DNA of 64,000 nt from Octopus sinensis (taxonomy: Eukaryota). The notes under the pieces are model-generated. The model was not told where the DNA came from, searched no databases, and saw nothing but the letters and a program-made list of their open reading frames with translations. The stretch is taken from NCBI RefSeq assembly GCF_006345805.1, contig NC_043002.1:97960001-98024000 (forward strand), given 5' to 3'. This document shows positions 1 to 11,129 of this stretch, in pieces (the first letter of the stretch is position 1; each line of letters opens with the position of its first letter). A program made the position numbers and the translations under genes.

Positions 1-151
1 TGCTCATTTCTGGCTTGTCTGTCGCTGTATAGTCCTTTTTTAATTCTGCTAAAACATTTAGCAGCGGAATCATTGTAAATATCTGGTCCCTTTTGATGAT
101 TTGAATATGTTTAAATATCTAATTCGTCCGTTATGCTTCAGGTCTATGCGG

Positions 152-235
152 TTATCTGATGAGAACGGTTTTCTTTGTAATGATGTAATGCTTTCATTGA
201 TCATTTAAAGGAGTCGCTCGAAACGGCCGTAATGA
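152..235 (+). ncRNA. Type I hammerhead ribozyme motif with long stem II
   Basis: Stem I UUAU(152-155)/AUGA(232-235); core CUGAUGA 156-162; extended hairpin 163-219; GAAA 220-223; stem III A-C-[GGCC]-G-U; cleavage triplet GUA (cut after 231). Confidence 0.7.
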
Positions 236-678
236 ATTGACACTTATACATCTTTGCTACTCATCTACACATATATATATCTACAGAGAGAGAGAGAGAG
301 ATGGATGGATGGATGGATGGATGGATGGTTAGATCGTTAGATAGATAGATAGATAGACAGATAAGATAGATAGATAGATCGCACACATGTACTTATATAA
401 TGGTTTTGTGTTCATTTAAGTTTGTATCTGTCCCCTATCACTATTTGACAACCTGCGCTGGTTTGTTTGCATCCAATATTCTAGCAGTTCAGCAAGAAAG
501 ACCGAGAGAATATGTACGAGTACTTAGAAAAAAAGAAGTACAGGAATCGATTTGTTTGATTAAAGATCCTTCAAGGCAGTACCTCAGCATCACCGCAATC
601 CAGTAGCTGAACCAAGTAAACGGATAAAAAGATAAAAGGATGTATATACATATACATATGTATATATGTGTTTATATA

Positions 679-918
679 TTGGGTTGGTGCATAATTATTG
701 CGCCTTTCTTTCAACAAATTTTATTCAACAAAAACAATAACAATATTTAACAAAAACATCTTTAAATGACGGTTTGACCGTCTGCTAAGCAATTGGGAAG
801 CAGTAATTGAAATATGCTCCGGAATAATCATTTAAAGATGTTTTTGTTACATGTTATTATTGCTTATGTTGAATAAAATTTGTTGAAAACAGCCGCAAAT
901 AATTATGCACCAACCCAA
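679..918. mobile_element. Mariner-derived MITE
   Basis: Long imperfect terminal inverted repeats (ttgggttggtgcataatta.../...aattatgcaccaacccaa) in TA-rich context; the centre translates as DRLLSNWEAVIE, like a mariner transposase C-terminus. Confidence 0.65.
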
Positions 919-983
919 AATATATATATACATATGTGTATACATATACATATATACATACACATTCATACATATATACATAT

Positions 984-1064
<81 letters not shown>

Positions 1065-1071
1065 TTATATA

Positions 1072-1463
1072 TACTCTTTTACTTGTGTCAGTCTTGTGAC
1101 TGTGGCCATGCTGGAGCACCGCCTCTAGTCGAGAAAATCGACACCTGGACTTATTCTTTGGAAGCCTAGTACTTATTCTATCGGGCTCTTTTGCCGAACC
1201 GCTAAGTTACGGGGACGTAAACACACTAGCATCGGTTGTCAAGCGAGCGATGTTGGGGGTGGGGACAAACACATACACACATAGATACATACACATATAT
1301 ACGACGGGCTTCTTTCAGTTTCCGTCTACCAAATCCAGTCACAAGGCTCTGGTCGGCCCGAGACTATAGTAGAAGACACTTGCCCAAGGTGCCACGCAGT
1401 GGAACTGAACCCGGAATCACGTGGTTGGTAAGCAAGCTACGTGCCACACAGCCACACCTACGT
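1072..1463 (-). mobile_element. tRNA-derived SINE, family 1 (CORE-like ACCTTGGGCAAGT), copy 1 of a tandem pair
   Basis: Same head, body and (GTAAAAGA) tail as more than 12 other copies in the window. Confidence 0.85.
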
Positions 1464-1533
1464 GTATATGTACATATGTGTATATATATATATGTATGTA
1501 TTAATATATATATATATATTATATATTTATATA

Positions 1534-1921
1534 TACTCTTTTACTTGTGTCAGTCTTGTGACTGTGGCCATGCTGGAGCACCGCCTCTAGTCGAGAAAAT
1601 CGACACCTGGACTTATTCTTTGGAAGCCTAGTACTTATTCTATCGGGCTCTTTTGCCGAACCGCTAAGTTACGGGGACGTAAACACACTAGCATCGGTTG
1701 TCAAGCGATGTTGGGGGTGGGGACAAACACATACACACATAGATACATACACATATATACGACGGGCTTCTTTCAGTTTCCGTCTACCAAATCCAGTCAC
1801 AAGGCTCTGGTCGGCCCGAGACTATAGTAGAAGACACTTGCCCAAGGTGCCACGCAGTGGAACTGAACCCGGAATCACGTGGTTGGTAAGCAAGCTACGT
1901 GCCACACAGCCACACCTACGT
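1534..1921 (-). mobile_element. SINE family 1, copy 2 of the tandem pair
   Basis: Near-identical to 1072-1463 at an offset of 462 bp. Confidence 0.85.
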
Positions 1922-1965
1922 GTATATATGTACATATGTGATTATATATATGTATGTATAATATA

Positions 1966-2011
<46 letters not shown>

Positions 2012-2426
2012 TATACATATTATATACATATATATACAATATATATATACATATATACACATATATTCATACATACTGAAAGTGTGAGTTATAAGGATAA
2101 TAGGTGTAGAACGTGTACGTGTGCGTGAGGAAGTGTATAGAGTAAACCTTTTTACTTACTGTGTTTTTCCATGAAAATGATCTTGCAGAACTGACGTACA
2201 AGCTAATAATAACACGGAAGAAACTAATAAGGAAATATGAGAAACTGCAAATAGAATACTGTAAAGTAATAACAGAACAAAGTCGGTGTTTTCAATTAAA
2301 TATCGGTGAGAAAAATGCTCTTTCCCTGTTTATGCTCACACGTTAAAAAAGAACGTAGGCAAGCTTCACATAGACACACAAACAAATACGTGCAGACGCA
2401 CAGATACACACAGAGATGCGTGCATA

Positions 2427-2492
<66 letters not shown>

Positions 2493-3092
2493 AACAGATC
2501 CCATAGAGAAAATGAGTAGGGTGGAGTAAATGAGACAGACAAATACTTGACCAACTTCACACAAACGAGTAACGAGTATAAATTTCATCAAAGAACGGCG
2601 TACATTTTTAAGCATGTGTTTTTAAAAGCTTTTCACAATCAGTCGGAAACAGTCAAAAAGGTAGGCTCATTATTGGAGCGGTTCGGTTCCACTTTAAAGG
2701 TAAAGTTTAAGAAAATAATAAAATTGTGAAACCAGCCTGAAACTAAAAGAAAAATGTTTACGCTTGTAAAACAGCAGGGGCTTTTTTTTTTCAGTGGACC
2801 GGTTTAGAAGAAGGGGTTATGTCTAAGGCCTTTTACAGATCTTCGAAAAGAATAATAGCGATGTGACTGAAGTTCCTCGCTAACAACTGTAAGTCGGTAA
2901 ATACATAGTGAAAACGGTCACGGAAGTTCTCCAGAGGGATTATGTTCTGAGAAGGAAGGATTAGATTTCGTTAGAGAAGAATCGATGATGAAGTAGAATT
3001 AACCTGGAAGACGAAAGGAGCGGGGTTCGTTGATCGAGTGACAATGGTATTAGACCATCTACGTACAAGAAACTAAGGCTACAACAGCAGCA

Positions 3093-3290
3093 TGGAGGCG
3101 CACTGGCCCAGTGGTTAGGGCAGTGGACTCGCGGTTGTAAGAACGCGGTTCAATCCCCAGACCGGGCATTGTGAATGTTTATTGAGCAAAAACACCTAAG
3201 GTCCACGAGGCTCCGGCGGAGAGGGGGTGAACCCCGCTGTACTCTTTCACCACAATTCTCTCTCACACTTTCTTCCTACTTCTGCCACAA
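3093..3290 (+). mobile_element. tRNA-derived SINE, family 3, 3'-truncated
   Basis: Head GGAGGCGCACTGGCCCAGTGGTTAGGGCAG with A-box and B-box-like GGTTCAATCC; body matches 61565-61947. Confidence 0.75.
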
Positions 3291-3471
3291 AGCAGAGGAC
3301 CCGTGTTGTGGTAAAACTGTGATGTGGTAAAACTTTCGGACTCTAGTCTAGATTGCGAAACTTCTGTGCCCCAGGATGGTTCAGCTCTCCACCCGTTAAA
3401 AGCCACCGTTTACGGAATGAGGATAACAACGTAGCTTTCAAGCCCGTGCAACCGCCAGTCTATCTATCTAT

Positions 3472-3627
<156 letters not shown>

Positions 3628-3969
3628 ATTTCTTTATTGGCCACGCAGGGCTAAACACAGAAGGGACAAAATACAAAGTATAGGTTCTCTTTTTGGGAAG
3701 AAGAGAAGGAGTAAAAAACAAAAAAAGGGGGGCAAATTTCGATAAAAAAGGGATCGTGAAAAGAAGAAAAAAAGGGAGAGCGAAATCCGATCAAAAGGGA
3801 TCGTGGGAAAGAAAAGGAAAGTGGGCCCGATCAATAGGGATCATGTATCACAGTAATGTCAATGTAAAAGGGGAGAACAGATTAGGTTTGTCCGTGGAGA
3901 GAACAGCCTACGGAAAAGACCACGGTAACCTTAGGCAATATTGTCATGCAAAAAGAAAACACATTACAG
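3628..3969 (-). mobile_element. 5'-truncated 3'UTR fragment of the Tx1-like LINE family
   Basis: Reverse complement aligns with 17925-18200 (ggttaccgtggtcttt(t)tccgtaggc..., gatccctattgatc..., aataaagaaa); GATA repeats on both sides. Confidence 0.75.
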
Positions 3970-3994
3970 TAGATAGATAGATAGATATGCATTA

Positions 3995-4299
3995 AATATC
4001 ACGTGATCACGTGACCGACCAGACCATCAGATGTTTTACACATCGCTGGTCACAATGCGTTCGCACTGTTTTAGCCTTCAAATGACGCCACCCCGCTAGC
4101 TAAGCGAGCAGGCCCACAGAAGAAAGAGAGAAAGAGTGGAGAAAGAGTGCAGCAGGGATCACCACCCCCTGCCGGAGCCTTGTGGAGCTTTTAGGTGTTT
4201 TTCGCTCAATAAACACTCACAACGCCCGGTCTGGGAATCGAAACCGCGATCCTATAACCGCGAGTCCGCTGCCCTAACCACTGGGCCATTGCGCCTCCA
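3995..4299 (-). mobile_element. SINE family 3 with alternative 3' tail
   Basis: Head and body match 61565-61947; the 3' part differs. Confidence 0.75.
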
Positions 4300-4552
4300 C
4301 GCATTTAATATATATAATCATAACCAAGGGCGTTGGAGAGACAAAGCCAATACGCTAGAAGTATCTACAAAGCACTCTAAATTTGTAAACAATTGACATC
4401 TACTTCTAGCGCATAAGCATAATTATAAACTTGAATATTCATCTTACCGGTATGGTGGTTTTTATACGCTGGCCACTGGTATAATCATATTAAGGATTAT
4501 ATCTTTAATTTATACACAAATAGAGAAATCAATAGATAGATAGACAGACAAT

Positions 4553-4633
<81 letters not shown>

Positions 4634-4634
<1 letters not shown>

Positions 4635-4762
4635 CGACGGAATTCTACACAGTTTCCGTCAACCAAATTCAATCAGGAGATAATGGTCATCCTAAAGCTA
4701 TAATAGAAGATTCACCCAAAATACCGCGCAGTAGGACCGAACCTGGAACCATGTAGCTTGCG
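4634..4762 (-). mobile_element. Degenerate 5' half of SINE family 1
   Basis: cagtttccgtcaaccaaattc...gaacctggaaccatgt matches the family consensus with many substitutions. Confidence 0.6.
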
Positions 4763-5289
4763 ACGATGTATATGTATCTACTAATATTTTTCTAATCTCT
4801 CAGCCATTGATTGCCATAATTGTTTAATAACTGTTACTTGTTTCCAACTCCCTTAACTTGTGAATGATATAATAAATTACTGGGTCAGTCATTAACACAA
4901 GCGTCCTTGTGACAGACGCGAGTGAAAGCTAATTCAATCTAATATAAAGTTCCATTTGGATTCTTTGGTAAAATAGTGGAAAAGGCAAAACTGAAAGTCT
5001 AACAAGATTTGTTGACATTAATCTGACGTGGATACACAAATGCTTGAAATTATAGCATCAAATATTCTTATTTATGTGTATATGAGTGTGTGGATGCGTG
5101 ACGTGTTTTTTTTTTGAGTGGGGGAGTGTCTGTGTATGTATTAACATTCCTTTACATAACGACATTAAATCTCAAAAGAGAAGGTTTTGCTTTTCAATCT
5201 TCATGAAACTAACATCAGTCATGTTCTAAAATAGTTTTTATTCGAACTATCTTCTAGAGAGATAGATTTGAATCTAGGAAAACAATTAG

Positions 5290-6190
5290 GAAAACGTCAT
5301 AAAAAAGGTCTCAGTTAAAAGCTCACAGAAAAAAGCCACCCAGAAAACATCAGAAATAAAGCGCCACACAAAATATCCAGAATGGTAGGTAACATCACAG
5401 AACAACGTCAAAGGTAAAACGTCACTGAAAAATAGCGATAGGCAAAACGTTACAGCTAAAACGTCATGGAAAAGGTCACAGAGAAAATATCACAGAAAAA
5501 AAGAGGGAAAATACCCCAGAAAATCCACAGGAATATCGTCACAAAACCAAAGAAAACAAATTTCACAAGAAAAATGTCATAGAAAAATTCACAAGAAAAA
5601 TAATCAAAGAAAACCACTAAAACGATACCAAAAACAGCCAAGTAAAAAGTATTATATAGACGATCCTAGGAAAGATAGCTGAAGAAAGTCACAATAAAAA
5701 AAAAAACATTGTAAAAATTCAGTTACAAGAAAGATCCCGAAAAAACCACAGGGAAACGTCAGAAAAAGCCTCAAACGAAATGTCGCACAAACTATCGCAG
5801 AAAATGTCACAGAAAAAATGTGGCAGAATAAAAACCACGACGTAAAAATGTCACAGAAAAAATGTCGCAGAGTAAAAGCCACGACGTAAAAAGTATCACA
5901 GAAAAAATTCAAATAATAAACGTTCACAGGAAAAGCGTCACAAACAAAGTCTCAGTAAAACCATCGAAATAATATAATACAGGTACGCAGTTACAGAAAA
6001 AAAGTCACGGTAAAAACGTCATAGGAAAATACGTCACAGAAACATCATAGAAAGAAAAACACAGAGTAAAGGTCACCGAAAAAAAAAATCAAAGAAAAAA
6101 CGTCACAGGAAAATCAGCGAAGGAATAATTAAAACTTCAGTGAAAAGATGTCACGGGAAAATGTCACAGAAAAACTTCAATAAATGACAG
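5290..6190. repeat. Degenerate tandem array of an ~15-20 bp motif (AAAA(C/T)GTCACAGAAAAA)
   Basis: Dozens of imperfect copies; inverted copies near 6575-6606. Possibly subterminal repeats of a DNA transposon. Confidence 0.6.
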
Positions 6191-6840
6191 TTTTAAGGGC
6201 GGGGTGGAGGATTTCTTGCTTCATCGTTTTATTTTTACGATATTTGTAATGCCATTATGTACAACATTATGGTGTCTTGGATCGGGTGGTACATCATGTC
6301 TTTGAGCAAGGACCAGCATTTCATGTAACTCGTCTACTTAACAGAAAGGAGTACCAGTCGTGTATGGGTAGTGATGTACTCCACTCCCGCTCCAATTGTC
6401 AAATTCATGATGTTCGGCACACATTACGTCATACTTGCTTGCCAGTGACAGCTTGGTTGTGTCATTGTGTATAAAAAAACCGTATATTGTTATTGTCAGT
6501 TAATAGTCAATTTACAATATTATTCGTTTAATGATGTTTAATTACATTAACTATTATTTATGGTATTTAAATGAAATGTGACATTTTCGTCTGGTGATTT
6601 TTTCTAAGCTAACATTGACTAGTTCCGTTTATCTCGTTAATAGCCAACGGAAGACATTAATACTTTTCAAATTTCCTTCAAGCCACACCAGAGTGTCTCA
6701 TAATAGGAAATGTTGAATACTGCAATCTAAAGCACACTACATACTACAAACAAGTCGTAATAGTCATGGCTAGAATACTTTAAATCATATATATATATAT
6801 ATATAAATGAGAAAGTTGGTGTGTGAAAGCACGTGGTTGA

Positions 6841-7207
6841 ATATATAGAAAATAGTAAAAAGTGAAAAAACTACAGAAGGCTTGTTTTAAAAGGTTAAAA
6901 AAATATATATATTTGAGTCATTATGTCAGGAGAATGTTATAAATTTTTTTCATACAATGACATAGTTTTTGAAGAAATGACCGGTTTCGCGTTCAGCTTT
7001 TCAAATTTCTTACATCGTTATGTTTTCGTTGAGAAGTGTAAAGAAATTTGAAAAGCTGAACGCGAAACGGTCATTTCTTCAAAAACTATGTCATTGTATG
7101 AAAAAAATTTATAACATTCTTCTGACATATGACTCAAATATATATTTTTTAACCTTTTAAAACAAGCCTTCTGTAGTTTTTTCACTTTTTACTATTTTAT
7201 ATATATA
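6841..7207. repeat. ~172-bp inverted repeat, each arm carrying a minimal hammerhead-like motif
   Basis: Arms 6841-7014 and 7037-7207, ~20-nt spacer, flanked by (TA)n; motifs at 6972-7011 (-) and 7041-7079 (+). Confidence 0.85.
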
Positions 7208-7523
7208 TAGATATATATATATATATATATATATACATACATACATATATATAAGATATTTTCACAATTTCTATTCCTGTATGTTATATAATTTAATAAT
7301 TACTGGTATCTTTATATATTTTATATGTAAAGCATATGTTATACATGAATGCATATTCTTGTAATTGTCATTTTAGTAAATAAATAAATTGACATATATA
7401 ATGTCTAAAAGTTGATCCCCTCCATTTTCTTCTTACTCTCTCTTTCTCTCTCTCTCTCTGTATATACACACACACGGACACACGCACACACACCACACAT
7501 ATTATATATGTATTATATATATA

Positions 7524-7557
<34 letters not shown>

Positions 7558-8594
7558 TACATATATATATACATAATATATATACATATATATATATATA
7601 CATATATATATACATATTATATATAATACATATATATATATATACATATATATATATAATATATACATATATCTCCCTGATTAATGCTAAGGGCAGAGCA
7701 ACTGCAATAAATAAAACCTGGATTTTTTGGTACATGTCTGTCATCTCTGCTACATATGCAGTTTTTATTTCTCTAACCCTATCAAATTTATAACTGTGGG
7801 TGATTGGAGTAAAAACAGGGCTGTTTCTGTGATGAAATATGCAGAAAGTATTGGAAGAGAGGGAAATGCCAGTTGTTTCAACTAAAGTACTAATCGTTCC
7901 AAATTAATGGGCTTCAATCGTACGTTCTGTGCTACAATGACAACGCCATTACGGTCCCTGTGGAGAAGATACTTCAATCAACAATAAAACCGATATCTGA
8001 TAGCAGTTAGCTTAGTGTTAATATATTCAATGCAGAAAACATTGAAAATTATTTCTGTAAATTTGAGAAACAACTGAGGATATCTTTTGGTCGTATTATA
8101 AGCTTATTATAGACAAAGAATTTAACCGTTTCAATTCAAATGTCGATCCTCTTACAACAAAGGTTAGGGAAGGCTTTAAAGCGGAAACGGCTTCACGTCC
8201 GGTTGAAATATCTAATTGATCGTCAATGAAACCTAGCAGATTATGAGAAATATTAAATTCATTTGAATAATATACTTAAATTTCTATAAACTTCCTGAAA
8301 TAGCGTTGGGAGAATCACGTAATGGAATCGAACTGGCCCAGTCACGTAGACACAAAGCGACAAACTTCACACACAGCCATTCCAGTGAATATAGTCTTAA
8401 CAAAATAGGTCTTTAAAACATAACGCGGTTGTTTCAGTACATTTTGCTCCTTTCTCTTCCAGACATTAGTCGGGGATTGTTTTATTAATCTTTTAATTTT
8501 TTTCATAATCTTAAGGGATCAACCTATTAAGCTTTCAGCCCCGGTAATGAACCGAAATAAATATTAGTGGCGTATTGGTTTGAAATGTGTGTGT

Positions 8595-8626
<32 letters not shown>

Positions 8627-8700
8627 TTTTGTGTGTGTGTGTGTGTGTTTGTATGTGTGCGCGTTTGTGTATGTGTGTGTGTGTTTGTGTGCGTGTGCGT

Positions 8701-8738
<38 letters not shown>

Positions 8739-9525
8739 GTGTATGTGTGTGTGCGTGTGTGTGCAGGGAGATGTATAAATCAAGACCACTAAAAATATAA
8801 AAAATAAGAAAGGGATATCAATTCTTTAAAAGTACATTTATATTTGAAGCGGGAATATATGTACGTATACACGCGCGCGCACACACACGCACACACGCAT
8901 ACACATACACACACATATATATATAGATACACGCAAACATGCATACACAAACCTATTATGTATATGTAGAAGTATATGATATATGTGTGTGTGTGTACAT
9001 ACATATATAAATACACATATATATACACATATATATATGTATATATATATATATACATATATATATACATTTATATATATGCATGTATATACATATATAT
9101 ACATGCATACATATATAATATATATATGTATGTGTGTGTGCACGCACGTATGTATGTGTGGGGGTTATTTCATGGTAATTAAGCTGAGTAATATCTCTCA
9201 TGCAGTTTCTTCAGACCCGAATTACACTAATAAAATAACTTTAGGTCAGTAGATCTCAAATAGTACACCCAAAGAGGGTATCTCGGTACACCCCGAATTT
9301 TTATAAATATTATCTAAGGCTTGTGAACTCAATCTTGAGCGTTTTAAAAACCTGTTAGAATATAAATATGATTGATAAAAGAAGTGAACGATTGATTTGT
9401 ATTTTTTTCAAATTTCAAATATTGGTTGTTAAACGAATAATGCTACACGAAGCAACATACTTAATAAGCTCGAATGTATTTGGGTGTAAAAAGACCTTCT
9501 TGAATAAAATACTCTTCATACACAT

Positions 9526-9931
9526 GTGCAGGAGTGGCTGTGTGGTAAGTGGCTTGCTAACCAACCACATGGTTCCGGGTTCAGTCCCACTGCGTGGCAC
9601 CTTGGGCAAGTATCTTCTGCTATAGCCCCGGGCCGACCAATGCCTTGTGAGTGGATTTGGTAGACGGAAACTGAAAGAAGCCTGTCGTATATATAATATA
9701 TATATATGATGGTGTGTGGTGTGTGTGTGTGTTTGTCCCCCTAGCATTGCTTGACAACCGATGCTGGTGTGTTTACGTCCCCGTCACTTAGCGGTTCGGC
9801 AAAAGAGACCGATAGAATAAGTACTGGACTTACAAAGAATAAGTCCCGGGGTCGATTTGCTCGACTAAAGGCGGCTGCTCCAGCATGGCCGCAGTCAACT
9901 GACTGAAACAAGTAAAAGAGGAAAAAGAGTA
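9526..9931 (+). mobile_element. SINE family 1, full length
   Basis: Head GCAGGAGTGGCTGTGTGG, CORE-like motif, internal microsatellite, GTAAAAGAG tail. Confidence 0.85.
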
Positions 9932-10084
9932 TGTGTGTATGTGCATATTGGACTGTAAATAGTGTTATTTGAATGTAAGATGCGTGTATTTCTGTGTTCT
10001 TAGCTGACAAAACGAAAGAACACAGAAAATACGTCCCAAAAGCGTCGTACACGGCTCAATATAGGTTTTTTGTACATGTCTAGT

Positions 10085-10250
10085 TGTGGTGAAAGAGTAT
10101 AGCGGGGTTCACACCTCCACCGCCGCCGCAGCCTCATGGAGCTTAGGTGTTTTTGCTCAATAAACACTCACAATGCCCGGTCTGGGATTCGAAACCGCGT
10201 TCTTACGACCACGAGCCCTCTGCCCTAACCACTGGGCCATTACGCCTCCA
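10085..10250 (-). mobile_element. SINE family 3, 5' part
   Basis: ccctaaccactgggccattacgcctcc head and ttaggtgtttttgctcaataaacactcac body. Confidence 0.7.
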
Positions 10251-10961
10251 CTGATGTTGTTGTTACCGCCATTGCTAATACTATTCAGACCTATTCTGTT
10301 GACTGTGATGCAAAATCAGGTAGAAGTGGAATGTCATTTACATAGTAGCTCTTAGACCACTTATCTTTCCCAAATCAATTTAAGAAACCGTATTTTCTTT
10401 TAAACATGTTGTTTCACTTTTTATTCTTTCAAATTTCACCCAATGCGAGAAAAATTTACAACACCATGTAACCTCAGAAGAAGCTAGTTGGCTACCTAAG
10501 AAAAATGTACGACAAAAACGAAAATCACTTTGTTCATAAACATCAAAATTCATTAACAACTTACAGGCTCCAAATAGTTGTCAGTCAATTTTGGGCTGAA
10601 GACAAATTTTAAATGGCTCATGATGAATATAAATGGATTTAAAATTTTTAACTGTAGGAGTAGCGATGAACAGGCGAAAAAAGAAGAAAATGCAAAGAAA
10701 TAGCAAAAGAGCACAGGTAAAGAAAATATTTTAAAATGTAACCACTTAAGTTAATTTTGGGACTATGTTTAATTTAAATAGTGATTTTTAAATCTTCTGG
10801 ACGTATAAGGGTACGAGGCGGACTATATAAGAGCAATCTCGTTTATTTTGTACAAATACAATAAAAATAAATATATATATGCCTACTTTCTACGGCTAAG
10901 GCGTTACAGACTTCATTCAATATAATTAATCCATAAGGTCTGACTACATTATACACACACA

Positions 10962-11009
<48 letters not shown>

Positions 11010-11095
11010 ATATAAATTAGAGATAAAACCACTATTAGGTTTAATCCTAAATCTGATTTTTCCCTGTAAGTTTGGATTTATTCTCTAATATTTCT

Positions 11096-11126
<31 letters not shown>

Positions 11127-11129
11127 ACG

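Noticed and set aside
2760-3050. Highly decayed mariner C-terminus on the minus strand
   Set aside because: Only vague motif similarity across several frames and no TIRs found.
7718-7793. Possible minus-strand host exon (YKFDRVREIKTAYVAEMTDMYQKIQ) between AG and GT
   Set aside because: Weak donor, no recognisable homology and no partner exons; needs tBLASTn or RNA-seq.
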